A stretch of DNA of 62,000 bases from Chiloscyllium plagiosum (Eukaryota), in assembly GCF_004010195.1 (NCBI RefSeq), contig NC_057719.1, positions 82,469,417 through 82,531,416 on the forward strand, given 5' to 3'. The translations under genes were made by a program, and so were the position numbers. Below the pieces are notes generated by a model. It had not been told where the DNA came from, made no database searches, and saw only the letters and a list, made by a program, of their open reading frames with translations. Numbering within the stretch: position 1 is the stretch's first letter; every line of letters begins with the position of its first letter. Positions 11,384 to 23,730 of the stretch are shown here, piece after piece.

Positions 11384-12209
11384 CTGGTTTCCAGAAGACC
11401 TATGTTTTGGCCACAAAAATGACTCTGAGCTTCACGTTGCCTGCTACGCCAACACACCACTGTGATTCCCTGGCCAACATCTCTATCTCAGGCTTGCTGC
11501 AGTGTTCCAATGAAACTCAGCGCAAGCTGGAAGAACAATACCTCATTTTCCACTGAGGACCCTCTAGCTTCAGGACTGGGTATTGAGTTCAATAATTTTA
11601 GGGCCTGAGCACATTCTACCATGTCTTTACCCCAAACCCCATACATCAGGCCTTGTCGGTCCCACAACCAACTCATTGTCAGCTGATAATGGTCCCCATT
11701 AGCAACTATTGATTCTCCCAGGCTGTCCTTTACCCATTTCTTTGACTGTCCCACTGTTGTGATCTTTCTCTAGGCTTTATTTCCACCTATTGTTTATTCT
11801 TCTCCCCCATCTCCTAGCCCATGTTCAGTATATATACCAATCATTTCCTAGCTACAATCATTTCCGAAGAGGGGTCACTGGACCCAAATGTTAACTCTGC
11901 CTTTTCTCCACAGATGCTGCCAATCTGCTGAGATTCTCCAACAATTTTTGTTTTTGGTTGTTATTTATATGGCTCATCAGTTATTTGTCTGGTCAATGAT
12001 GATCACATCAGGATGTCAATAATGGTGCTGTCATTGAATGCCAAAGGAAGGTGATTAGAGTCTTTTGTTAGAGATGGTCATTCTCCAGAATTTGCATACT
12101 GTAAATGTTACTTGCTCCTTGCTGCAAGTAGACATGGATTGTCTCAGTATCTGAGGAGTTGCAAATGGAACTATACGGCAATCGATCAGAATACATATGG
12201 ATTATGCAC

Positions 12210-13097
12210 AGATGGCAGCAGTTGGAATAGCAGCGCTGAGTCCAAGGTCCTGGCCTGGGACTCTTCTGCTTGCTTTCTTTCATTTCTTTCTTTTTCCTTT
12301 TGCTCTTTTCGTTTGCTTTCCATTTTTGTTCTCTTTGGAGGCCTTCTTGGCATCTTTGGCACGGCGAAAGTGGGCCCAGCCTCCTGATAATAGCAGAGCG
12401 GTGGCAGGAGTCGAATCCTTAGGGAGAGGGAGCCCTCGGAGGGCTCACGACAGCAGTGATTATGGGCGCAGCAACAAGAGATGGTGCCAGAGCGTGGCGA
12501 CTGTACTCAAGGCGGATGGCGATGGCAAGGCGGCCTCTGCAGTTGGTGGAAAAAGCAGCACCTGCGGTCTGCATCAGTCAGCTGTGGCAATGCAGTCAGG
12601 CCCGAATCGGTACTCCTGCAAGATTGACTGGAGTGGTGGTTGCTTCGGCGGTACAGCAGGTCCGGTGTGCATGGTGGCACGGCAGTGGTGGCCCCAAAGC
12701 AGGTCTCCTGAAATAGGGAAAGCATGTGAAAGAGAAGGAGATTGAGCCTCTGTAGGAAGTGTGGTCCCAGCATTGCTCAGCATTTCAGAAAGACTGCAAT
12801 GGTTAAACTTTTATCTTTATTTCTTAATTTTTCCACTTAACTCTAGGAAGATCTATAATATTTAACTTTTAACTTTATTTCTTCAATTTTTTACACGGTA
12901 CTAAGAATGACTTGCAATGTTTAACTTTTAACTTTGTTCTTTGTTTATTTTTACCTCATTCTTAAGATTTTGTACCCAGATAGTTGTACCTAAGATGTGC
13001 CATGTGTGGTGACAATGTACACTTTTCACTGTACTCCTGTACTTTTGTACTTGAGTACACATGACAATAAACTCTAAATCTAAAATAATCTAAAATC
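12210..13097 (+). mobile_element. Non-autonomous retroelement with LINE-like 3' tail
   Basis: Starts agatggcagcag, then a T/C tract and GC-rich body; ends cttttcactgtactc...gtacacatgacaataaa(ctaaa/tctaaa)n. Confidence 0.55.
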
Positions 13098-13699
13098 TGC
13101 GCATGGAACAAACATTCTCACTACTGAACCTATGAGAGAAGGAATGTCATTGATGGAGTAGTTGAAGCTGCCCTGATTCCAGCAGTGATATCCTAGGAAG
13201 GGGTAGACTGGCCTCTAAAATCCACAACCATCTTTCTTTGGACAAAAGAAAATGGATGGAGGCACAATTGTGAGATGAATGTGATTCGCCAGCAATGGTA
13301 GAAGAAGCAAACAGCAAAATAGCTGTGATAAGTTTAAAAATAGAGACACACGTTTCTGTAATGCAATAGCTGATTCCAAGTGAAAGAGATCTATTAAGCT
13401 GTGAGTAATAGCAACTTTAAAAAAAAAATATCCTCAGGATATGAGCATCATTGGTAAACCAACATTTATTATCCAATCACTTGGGTTGCCCTTGAGAAAG
13501 TGGTTGTGAGGCTTCTTCTTGATAATCTGTAGGTCTCGTGGTGAATGTACACACACAGTTCTGTTGGGCAGGAGGCTCCAAGTCAGATCTCCGGGAGTCA
13601 TCTGATTGGTAGCATATGTTGCTTCAACTTTTGCCTCCCAAAAAGACATCCCTTCCCCGTTTTCCAGGATATGCTTAACTACATGGGTGCACCCTTCTG

Positions 13700-14950
13700 A
13701 TTCACAACACACAGGTTACTCCTGGATTCTAACTCCATTCGAGCCATCATGCACGAACACTTAAGGTTTGCATTGCCACTGAATGAGCTGTTTCCCTCAA
13801 CATCATCTGGCATAAACTTAGTGTCAAGCAATTGTCCTCTGAAGCTGATTCCAGCTGTCAGTTCAACAATATAGGTGTGGCTACCTGTGTCCAAGTGATA
13901 GATGATTCTGCAGGGATCATGGTCCCAGACATTCTTTATCCTATTCTGACCCTGATTTTCCAATTCCGAAGGAATATGCTTGCACTGATTGGAAATTCAA
14001 TCCTGTCAGCTTTGCAATTGTTCAATGTTTTTCTGCTAAGTCCTCTTGGATACCAACCTAAATGTCTGGCTTAGCCATCCACTCCTCTTGGATACCAACC
14101 TAAATGTCTGGCTTAGCCATCCACCAGCAATCCCTATCAGAAAGTGTGGTGAGCCCAAGGAAATGGCCCACAAGAAGGACTGGGCCTCATCCAAAGAAAG
14201 GATCGTATGGAGAATAGCCTGTGGGTGAGTGTGGAGTCTTATAAGCATAAAACAGTTCCAGAGGATTTTCGGGCTGCTTTCATTTACTAGCAGGAGGCAA
14301 GGTATAGTTGAATAATTTACATTGTTCTTTACCCACTGGATGAAAGGTGGTGATGTGACTCTTGGCTATGGCAAAGACCTTGCAAAGCTCCTGTAGAATT
14401 TTGCTGTTCACGTTATGCCCCAGTCACTGTGAATCTTACATCAAACATTGAAACAGACATATCAACCACATACTCTGGCTATATTACAGGCCTACTGGTC
14501 ATGTGTGAACTTGTTGGAGTTTTCTTTGAGTATGAGAACACGTGCAGTCCTATCAACTGGGATGAAGGACCACAAACTCTATTGAAACACTTTTAGAGAT
14601 TTCTTGAGACCAGGGATGGCATGCTAGGCAAATTTGCTTCCCTGTTTTGACAAAAGTACAACTCTCACAATTGCGATGGTAGTTATCAATAGCCATCTCG
14701 AATCAATAATGCTTCTCACTGATCAAGGCAGTCATCTTTTCAGTTACCTGGTGTCCTGCTTGATCACAAACTTGACAATTCAGATGAGTTGCTTCACCTC
14801 CCCTCCCCATAACAATGTCCCAGCTGACAGAGGACTCCATCCTCCTTGATTCTCTTCCAGCATCTCACACTGTTGTCAAGTTTTGATGCATCCATTAGCT
14901 CGAGCTTGGTTGGTGGATGTAGGGCCTTCTAGGAATGGCAGTCTGCTGGT
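13700..14950 (-). mobile_element. Gypsy-like integrase relic
   Basis: Minus strand shows decayed HHCC region (DQAGHQ...NCESC) and core-end motifs (YAYKT.H..TGYSPY..FFG). Confidence 0.6.
14041..14124 (+). repeat. Perfect 42-bp tandem duplication
   Basis: tcctcttggataccaacctaaatgtctggcttagccatccac twice (14041-14082, 14083-14124). Confidence 0.95.
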
Positions 14951-15619
14951 GTCTGTGTTTATCAGCTGAAGCTGCCTGAGGTCTTCATTTGAGATAGATA
15001 GCAAAGGTGAGACAACACCTGGTTCTACCTGTCTGGACCTAGTTTGGATCTAACTTATAGGTGCATTGAAGTGTCCAGCATTCTGTACCTTAGTCGAAGT
15101 ATCCAGCATTCTCCTTCACCATCAGCAGCTGTTGCCAGAGGTTCCATCACACTTGAAGTAACTTATAGAATAGAATACAATTTAATCATATGCTCTGAGT
15201 TTTTAAGAACATATGAAATAACAACAATGCCACCATTGAATGCTCCACCATTCAATAATATTTACATTAGCTCCATGTTCCTGTCCTAATCTACTGTCCT
15301 TAGACTCTCTTCATGTTGACTGTTAGTTTCAGTCTTGAACATATTCAATAACTGAGCATGAGCATCCAGAGCCTCTGTGGTAGAGAACTCCAAAGATTCA
15401 CAACCATGAGTAAAGAAAGCATTCTCTTCAAACCCCTAAATAGTCAATCCCTCATCCAGAGCTTTTAATTCTTGATTCTTCAGCTGAGGGAAAGAGCTTT
15501 GTGTCAATTGAGAGACCCTCAAGGTACTCTGCAATGAGAAAACCTCTCCCGCTCCTAAACTTCCAAGAATCAAGGCACAGTCTACTGCTACTACTCCTCA
15601 CAGGACAACTCTTTCATCA

Positions 15620-17720
15620 CAGGATGATGCTAAAATATTGCTGAGAGGCACTTTTGACATGAATCCTTGACCTCATCGCCCTTGTCAAGGAGGAGGAAGA
15701 GAGCATGCTGAAGGATCTCAGAAATGCAATAATTGTGACCATTTTAAAGAAAGGAGACCGGTCCAACTGTGGAGATTACAAAGGGATCTCTCTACTGTTT
15801 GCCATAAGAAAGGTAATTGTACAAATCCTCCTCAACTGCCTCCTCCCAGTGGCTGAAAAGGTTTTTCCCGAGTCTCAATGCAGCTTCCACTGATCAGAAG
15901 GCACAATGGAAATTGATTTTCTGTACGTGACAAATATAATAGTGCAGCGAACAACACCATACTCTGTACCGGTCTTCATTGATCTCACAAAGGCCTTCAG
16001 CTATGTCAATGGTGAGGGATTGTGGGATATCCTCCTCAAATGCAGCCACCTGCAGAAATTTGTCAGTGTTCTCCGTCTGTTTCAGATTGACATGCAAGCT
16101 ATAATCCTCATACATGGATCTACCACAGATTTAATACAGGGTCAAGCAGGGCAGCATCATCACACCAATGCTGTTCCCCACCTTCCTTGCCGCAACACTT
16201 CACCCTATCTCTATGAAGCTCCCAGTCAGAGTGGGGCTAACCTACAGGATGCATGAGAAATTGTTCAACCTTCAACACCTGCATGCCAGAACCAAGACAC
16301 TCCAATCTCTGTCATTGAGTTATAGTATGCAGATCACACTTATGTGTGTGTACATTAGAAGCCGGTCTACAAACCATCATTGACACATTCACCAAGGCAT
16401 TTGAGAGACCAGACCTCAGAGTAAACATTCAGAAAACAAAGGTTCTCTACCAGCCCACTCTCGCCACATAATAGAGCCTCTAAACATCAAAACTCATGGT
16501 GAGCCTACAGACAATGTGGATTATTTCCAATATCTCAGAGCCTCTCCTTGATGTGAGCAGATATTGACCATAAAATCTAACATTAGCTCCAATGCACCAG
16601 TGCAGCTTTTGGATGCTTGAAGAACAGAATGTTCAAAATTTGAGACCTCAAACCCAGCACCAAGTTCGTGGTCAACAGAGCAGCTATAGACCCCACCCTC
16701 ATGTATGCAGCAAAAACATAGACCATGTTCAGCCTGACATTATGACCAGTTCTGCCTTTGTAAAATCCTGCAAATCCATTGGCAGGATAGTGAACCAAAG
16801 TGAGTATCCTCTCCCTGCAGTCCTCACTTTCTCCTAAACTTATTAGTCAACTAACTGTGTTTATAACTATTTATCAGAACCAATCTAGCACTTATGTCTC
16901 TAGGAATTCTTGGCATTTTAGCAAGTAAAGGAGTTTAAGAGGGCAAGACTATAGCAGGTGAAGGTGTAGCCAAAGATGAAGACCCTGGGGTGGGGGAGTC
17001 CACAGCTACAGGACATAAGTTTAGGGTGAGAGGGAAAAGATTTAAAAGGGACCTAAGGGGCAACTTTTTCACACAGAGGGTGGTGGAGGCTGGGACAATT
17101 ACAACATTTAAAAGGCATTTGGATGGGTACGTGAATAGGAAGGGTTTAGAGGGATATGGGCCAAGTGTTGGCAATGGAACTAGATTAATTTAGGATATGT
17201 GGTCTGCATGGACAAGTTGGACTGAAGGGTTGGTTTCCGTGCTGTATATCTCAATGTCTCTATGACTCAGACCTATATCCCCAGTATCAAGACACTGCTG
17301 CAACAGGCAAGCCACATTATCTGCATATTATCTGCATGTCCAGACACAAGACTCATTAAATAAGCACCATACTCCAAGCTCCACAATGGCAAGTGATTAC
17401 TAGGATGGCAGAGAAAATGATATAAGAACACCCTGAAAGACTCTCTGAACAAATACAACATGCTCACCAATGTGTGGAATCACTTACCCTACAACAGTCA
17501 AACTGGAGAAGGAACATTACTTTTGAGTGTCACTCAGTGAAGCGAGGGGAGGGCAATTGCAAACAGCAGAGAGCCAGCAGAATGCTAGATGCTCCCCATC
17601 CACCTATTCCTCAAACAGCACCTGCCCCATTCGTCTGCAGCTCCAGGATTGGATTATTCAGCCATTGTAGAATCCACCTCAGAGTGGAAGCAACTCATCC
17701 TCAACCCTATGGGACTGCAA
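15620..17720 (+). mobile_element. RTE-clade LINE relic (RT region and 3' end), interrupted by other fragments
   Basis: IVTILKKGDRSNCGDYKGISLL, PESQCSF, VFIDLTKAF and a decayed YADD (tatgcagatcac ~16327). Confidence 0.8.
16977..17267 (+). mobile_element. CR1-clade LINE 3' end
   Basis: GHKFRVRGKRFKRDLRGNFFTQRVV...FKRHLDGY plus tctatgactc tail. Confidence 0.88.
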
Positions 17721-18376
17721 AAGAACTACTACTATGCCTCACATAACAACCCTGTTATCACATCATGGTAGTAGTGTAAGGCACTATATTGGTCCTGAGA
17801 TACGAAAACCAAAATGGTACATGGTACTGCAGGTATGGTCATACCAAAGCCTATAAGGTTGCATCTAAGCTTTCTTACTCGTACATGCCAACCTCTTTTC
17901 AATAAAACTAAACGTGACAAACATTTGCTTTCCTAATATAGTCTTCATTTAGAATATAAGTTTCAAAAGTATAACTTACTCAATGATGTTTGTGTACGTT
18001 TTGAGATCTATAATTACCAACGGATTCCTTAAAATCAATTATATCACCATGGGTGAAGATTGAGTATTTCATCGCCATAACTAAAAACGATTACTTTTGT
18101 GCTAATTATTGAATGGAATATAGACCCGATAGGCCTCTTTCGTTCATTTTCACTATAACTGTCAAGTGCTAAAAAGACATGGCTCCTCAGAATGCAAACG
18201 TAAGTTTGTGCCGTGGAAATATCCTCACGAAAGGATAAATAACTTCAGGTGAACAAAATCACTTCGTTTATTTACACACGGGTATCTCAGAAGGAAACAT
18301 TCACAGTAGTTACATGACGCCTTTGACAGCCCCCGACACGTCCCAAAGTGCCGCGCAGAATAGGGATCTCAAAGGA

Positions 18377-18468
18377 TTGAGCTGAAAATGTGTTGCTGGA
18401 AAAGCGCAGCAGGTCAGGCAGCATCCAAGGAACAGGAGAATCGACGTTTCGGGCATAAGCCCTTCTTT
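18377..18468 (-). mobile_element. Penelope-derived mini-element with 11-bp TSD
   Basis: Reverse complement of the 9289 element; atctcaaagga at 18366-18376 and 18469-18479. Confidence 0.82.
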
Positions 18469-18699
18469 ATCTCAAAGGAATGGTCAACTTTATTATTTCA
18501 GAGCATAAGAAAATAGTTTGGCAGACGAACATATCCAACTAAATGCATGAAGATGACTTGAATGTAACTACTGGGTGGAGTATGCCTTTGCTGCGTGGTG
18601 AACAAGCAGCATGAAGCACTGCGATAAGATTGTGACAACGCTGCAACGAATGTCCCAGCTCAAGTGATGGCGGAGGCATTGCGTGCTTCCCGCTCTGGA

Positions 18700-20520
18700 G
18701 CAAAACCCTCGACCCTCCCCTGGTCTATCTGATGGGCAGCTCTTCACGGAGGGAAGGTCAAACAGCTTGCTTCCTCCATGACTGTTGCGCCCCGTAACCT
18801 TGCAGCGCTAATCTGTTGCAGGAAGGTCTCACGCCCTTCAGGACTGTTACACATCCACACCTTCCCCACCTCCCGCGGGGAAGTACACATGCGCACAAGA
18901 CCACCGTCGCTGGACACCCCCTCCATCTTCGAAGCTCCGAGGTCGATAGAACCCCTTCCGCGCACGCGCCTCATGGGCCGTGACGGTCTCGGATCCCCGT
19001 CCCGGACCGCACATGCGTGCCGGCGTGGGTGCTTCGGGGCGTCGTGGGGAAGGGGAAAGAGCGGCGCAGGCGCAGGCCGGCAGTTGCCCCACCTGCCCGG
19101 CCCACCGCGCACGCGCAGTGCTGCCGGGAGCGTCAGTGCGCACGCATGTTTCGAGCCGTTAGGTCACACGCAGGGCTAAGTGTTGGAGCGGAAGAAACAG
19201 AGTCACTCGGGTCGTGCCAAAGGGACAAAACCGATTGAAAAGCGGGGAGAAATGAGTTGGAGGAGGGGTAGGGGAGACAGATGAGAAAATATAACACAGA
19301 TTGAGGGAGGTGGTTGCGATTCCCCCCCCCCCCGGCGCTCCTCCAACCAAACCCACACACTTGGGTTTCGCTCTCGGTGCGGTGTCGTGTGAGAAGGAGG
19401 TGAAGAAGGAGGGGCGGTGGGGGCGCGAGCTGACGGTGGGCGTGCCCAGGTTGCTTGTTTTTCACGCGCTCAGCTCCTCCCACCCGACTCCTCCACCTTC
19501 CCGAGGTGCAACGGTCGACGGGCGGGTGGCCGCAACGAGAGGAAAAACAAGGGAGGCCCGGAGCACGTGACAGCGGGCCAGAAGCTGGTGGTGGCGGAGG
19601 CGGCAGCAGGACGAAGGCCAGGAGTGGGGGCGCTTTGGGGTGAGGGGAGCAGGACAGAGCCAGGGAGACGAGTAAGGCAAGCGTGTGATTAGAAAAAAGG
19701 GGGGCGGAGGAGGGGTGCATGTGAGTGGCTTGGGGTGCTGAAAAAGGAGGAAGCTGGACGTCAGGGAGGAGCTGCAGAAATTAGCACCTCAGTGTCGGCT
19801 GCGCGTCTGGAAAAAGGCAGGCCCAGCATGCGGGAAATCCTGCCCCCCTCCTCCCATGAGCAGAGTTTTGTTTTGTTGGGCAATTGAGCGGGCAGGGTGA
19901 TTAGGCGGCATCGAAGGGCTGTCTTATCCCAGCCTTCAGCACCCACTCTGAAAGCACAGGCTGCAGCAGTCAGGTTTTCGGGTGTAAACATCGAAGCTCG
20001 GCGAACACAGCGGAGGCAGTGAAGTGCCATCGGCGGGAGAGAATTTCCTTTTCCGTAGTTGTCCCGCCCGGTACTTCCAGGATCTTTACCCGGGGGCCAC
20101 GTTGCCGGAGCTAGGCACGCAGGACGCAGAGCTGAGCACCGGCATCTGTTTCACACGAGATGGGTAAGAAGGTCTGTCTTTTAAACCGTAGCAACGCCCT
20201 ACTTTGCACCCCCCCCCCCCTCCCCGGAAGGTTTAAGAACGTGTTCAGCCTTCCTGTGTCAACATCGCCCGGGAGGAGGGGACCGGACTGCTTGTTTTTC
20301 CACTAAATATTTCACCTGGAGAGAAGCGTCGGACAATAAAACCCAATTTTTGTTGTTGTTGATACCTCCTGTACGCTTATGCTTGTTCGGGCATGGCGGG
20401 AGTTTACATTTCCTGCCTATTTGTTTTGTTTTGTTTTTTGTTAAAGCAGCACGGTTTATACCTGTAAATCGAGAGGCCCACGGGGAGAGCCTATGCATCG
20501 CGGGGTTGAAATGCTTTGGG
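18700..20520. promoter_or_regulatory. CpG-island promoter of MGA
   Basis: Abrupt GC/CpG-rich unique sequence ~8 kb upstream of the first coding exon. Contains NRF1-like GCGCAYGCGC sites (18888-19150), GC boxes (ggggcgg), E-box CACGTG 19564-19569 and E2F-like GGCGGGA sites. Confidence 0.8.
19950..20163 (+). other. MGA: Candidate non-coding first exon of MGA (start uncertain)
   Basis: Donor TGG|GTAAGA at 20163/20164 at the 3' side of the CpG island; weaker alternative donors at 19672 and 19721. Confidence 0.45.
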
Positions 20521-21009
20521 GACGAGCTGGGTTTAAAAGTGTGAAGCTCTCAATCTGAGTTGAGGCTGTTCCCTGGGAATAATGGGAACAGCAACATCTT
20601 TCAGTCTCGACACGTGTGGAAAGGAACCACCCAGACCTGGCCTCGGACTCTCAATACCCAAGGGTTAGCCTGGTTGGGAGAAACATTTACTCCCCTCACC
20701 CCAAATTCCCAACGTTTATAGTCCCAATCAGGTTGCTGTTGGCGGCGGATTTGGTTTGTTTGTTTACGTTGGGGGCGGATTTCTGTTGCGATTGACGAAA
20801 CTCCGCTTCCCCGCATACAGGGAAGGGGGTTGAGGACAACATTCCCGAATTATCATGAGTCAGTGTTGTACTCCTTTCAGGAAAAGGGATGGGGCTCCCC
20901 CAATAGCCACGAGGAGGTCCGGCCACTGACCCAAGGTTGGGGGCAGGACCTAGACTCTAATGCCCATCGTTGTGGAAGAGGTGTCACACTGACTGTTGGT
21001 CCCCAGAAC

Positions 21010-21230
21010 TGGCTTCTGGTCCACATGGGTTTGGGGTGTTCGATGTTTTGGTATTTGATCCCTATGGTTTGAGGTATAGAATGTCCTGGCTGTATTGGGA
21101 TATAAGATGTTCTGGTTTATGAACCATTGGTTTTGAGATAGGATGTTCTGACCTCTTAATGCCCAAGGTTTGGGATGGTATATGTTCTGGTCTCTGATCC
21201 AGTGGGAGTTGTAATGTAGGATTTTCTGCT
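21010..21230 (+). repeat. Degenerate ~38-39-bp tandem repeat, left part
   Basis: Repeating gatgttctgg...gatcc...ggttt units, same unit as 22900-23215. Confidence 0.7.
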
Positions 21231-21259
21231 TTTGAAATAGTTGATACATTGGTTTTAAT

Positions 21260-22880
21260 TTTTCAAAACTGAAAAGATTCAGGGAAGGTTCCTTTAGATT
21301 GGAAAATAGCTAATGTAACTCCTTTTGTGAAAAAGGGAGGGAGGCAGAAAGGAAGCTACAGGCCAGTTAGCTTACCAACTGTCATAACCCAAATGTCAGA
21401 AACTATTATTAATGACGTTATAATGGGCCCTTAAAGTTCCGGGCAATCAAGCGGGGCCAACATGATCTTGTCAAAGGGAAATTATACTTAACTAATTTAT
21501 TGAAGTTTTTTAATGAAGTAACTTGTGCTATAGATAAAGGGGACCAGTGGATGTACAGTATTTGAATTTCCAGAATGCATTTGATATGTTGCCACATCAG
21601 AGGTTATGATGGAAAATGAAAGTTTTGGTGTAATAGGTAACATATTTGGCAAGGATAGAAGATTGGCTTGCTAACAGTAAGCAGAGTGAAATTTTTTTTT
21701 CTCAAGTGGTGTGCTGCAGAGTTTGGTGTTAGGGCATCAACTACTTACACTTTATTTGATTTGGATGAAAGATTCAAAAGTTTGTTGATGGCACAGTTAT
21801 GTAAGAAAGTGAGTTGTAAGGAGGATATAAGGAGCCTACAAAGGGATACATATAGATTAAGGGGGTTAGTTAACTGAATACTGGTGGGTGATACATGGTT
21901 TAATTCCTTCAGTTGTTCAGGTTACCATGGTTTCTCCTTCCCAACCTCTCCCCTCATCTAAGGCTTGGTGACGCTCAGGTTAAACCATCATTGATTGTCT
22001 GTGTAGTTACAGAGCAACCCTATGGCCTGGTAGGACTGTGGTGACTTTGTTTTAGTTTAAGCGATTGGGCAAAGATCCGGCAAATGGAGTATTATGTGTG
22101 AAATTGTCAGTTTAGCAGAAAGAATAAAAAAGGAAGCATATTATCAAAATGCTGAGAGGTTTCAGAGCTCTGAGATGCAGAGAGATCTGGGTGTCGTAGT
22201 GTATAAATCACAAGCAGGTTAGTATGCGGGAGCAACAAGTAATCAGGAAAGCTTGTTATGGTTTGTTGTAAAGGGAATTTAAATAAGAATAAGGTTATGC
22301 TTTAGTTAAACATGATGAGCATTATGTAGCATTGGTGAGAGATTGCACCTGGACTACTGCATTCAATACTTGTACTTATGGAAGGATGTTCGTGAATTGG
22401 AAGCAGTTCTGAGAAGGTAAACTCGACTACCACTTGAAATTAATGGATTGCCTTATGAGGTAAGGCTAGACAGAGCAGACCTTTATCCTGTTGAATTTAA
22501 AAGAATCAGAGGTAACTCAATTGAAACATATAACATCCTGAGGGGACTTCACCAGGTGGATGTTGAAAGCATGTTTCCTCTTTTGGGAGAATCTACATCT
22601 AGGGGGTCATAGTTTAAAACTAAGGGGCACTCATTGAAAATAGAGTTGAGGAAACATTTTTTTTCTGAGGGTTTAAAGTCTTTGGAATTCCCTTCCTCAA
22701 AAGTGAATGCAGAATCTTTAAATATTTTTAAGGCTGAAATAGATTCTTGATTATCAAGGTGTGGGAAAGATTGTTGGGGATATGCAGGAATGTAGAGTTA
22801 ATGTTAGAATTAGATCAATCATGATTGTTGAATGGAGGGGCAAGCTCAAAGGGCTGAGTGGCCTACTCTTATTGCTTGTT
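21260..22880 (+). mobile_element. Old CR1-clade LINE (RT to 3' end) with a small nested repeat at ~21875-22050
   Basis: Decayed DWKIANVTP...YRPVSL, LTNLL.FF.EV, DV.Y.NFQ.AFD..PH and a typical 3' UTR (gggctgagtggcctactc). Confidence 0.8.
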
Positions 22881-22899
22881 GGTATATTCATGATTCACA

Positions 22900-23215
22900 G
22901 GATTTTGCCGTTCTGGCCTCTGATTCTCCCCCCATCCCACGCCACTCTCGCATGTTTTGAGCATGTCAGATGATCTGGTATCTGATCCCCGGGTTTTGGG
23001 GTGTGGAATGTTCTGGTCTTTGATCCACGGGATTTGGGGGTGTGAGATGTTCAGGTCTTTGATCCCCAGGGTTTCGTAATGTGGGATGCGCTGGTCTTTA
23101 ATCCCCAGGATTTCGGGTTGTGGGATGTTCCCTGAACTCCAGGGTTTTAGGTGTTGAATGTTCTGGCCTCTGATCCCGGGATTTTGAGTTGTTGAATGTT
23201 CTGGTCTCCGATTCC
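22900..23215 (+). repeat. ~38-39-bp tandem repeat, right part (~7 units)
   Basis: Approximate consensus atgttctggtctttgatccccgggttttggggtgtgga. Confidence 0.85.
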
Positions 23216-23730
23216 GCCCTGTTGCTTCACTTTCTGAGCGACAAACAATGCCACTAAGTCCGGGGCTGCTCGGTTTCCTCCCCCCTACCCGCCGCCTCCG
23301 CTGTCCTCGGAAGGGATTCGTGGAGTACGTTCGGGCTATCAAAGGTCCAAAGATCGGAGGCGTATCGAAAACTCCGATTTGGGGGCCGAGATGAATGGAG
23401 AAGGCGCCAAATCAGATCGGGGAGCTCGATTGAAGCGGTCTGAGGCGGCAACAACTCCCCTTCACGTGGTAGGGAGGAAACGGGGATATCTGGGTTGGTG
23501 ATTTGTATGTGTCCCGGCAAAGTACCCGCCGTCGACCCAGTCAGTCTTTTCGGTAACCGCCTGGTTCAGCCCGATATTGGGCCCTTCAGGATCCGACCGA
23601 AACCTGCCTGTGCCAGACAGGATAAATCGAGCGCAACATGATGTCTGCCGATTTCAGACCCTGCTGAAGCAGCCTACTCGTTAAGGATAATGTCCCCTCC
23701 ATGCGTTTCCTGTGGTCCGCATAGGGTAAT
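23215..23730. promoter_or_regulatory. Second CpG-rich patch (candidate alternative promoter/enhancer of MGA)
   Basis: CpG-dense unique sequence, E-box tCACGTGg at 23463-23468, GC-box-like cccgcc, candidate donor near 23777. Confidence 0.5.

Larger units (their letters stand above)
10210..11960 (+). mobile_element. Penelope-like element relic (RT C-terminal part, GIY-YIG endonuclease, pseudo-LTR), interrupted at 10894-11383
   Basis: Decayed YKPTN..., KNSIPFSQF, and FTC...VYCI.CS...LLY.EE motifs; ends in a decayed hammerhead motif (11864-11896) and agatgctgcc tail. Confidence 0.75.

Noticed and set aside
12197..12745. 182-aa ORF with a hydrophobic segment
   Set aside because: The hydrophobic part is the T/C tract of a repeat element; no splice or homology support.
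18744..20030. Many overlapping 60-195 aa ORFs on both strands
   Set aside because: Expected from stop-poor GC-rich CpG-island sequence; no recognisable domain.
22900..23215. Regular ~39-bp periodicity resembling a CRISPR array
   Set aside because: Whole units are degenerate copies with no unique spacers; vertebrate context and no cas genes.
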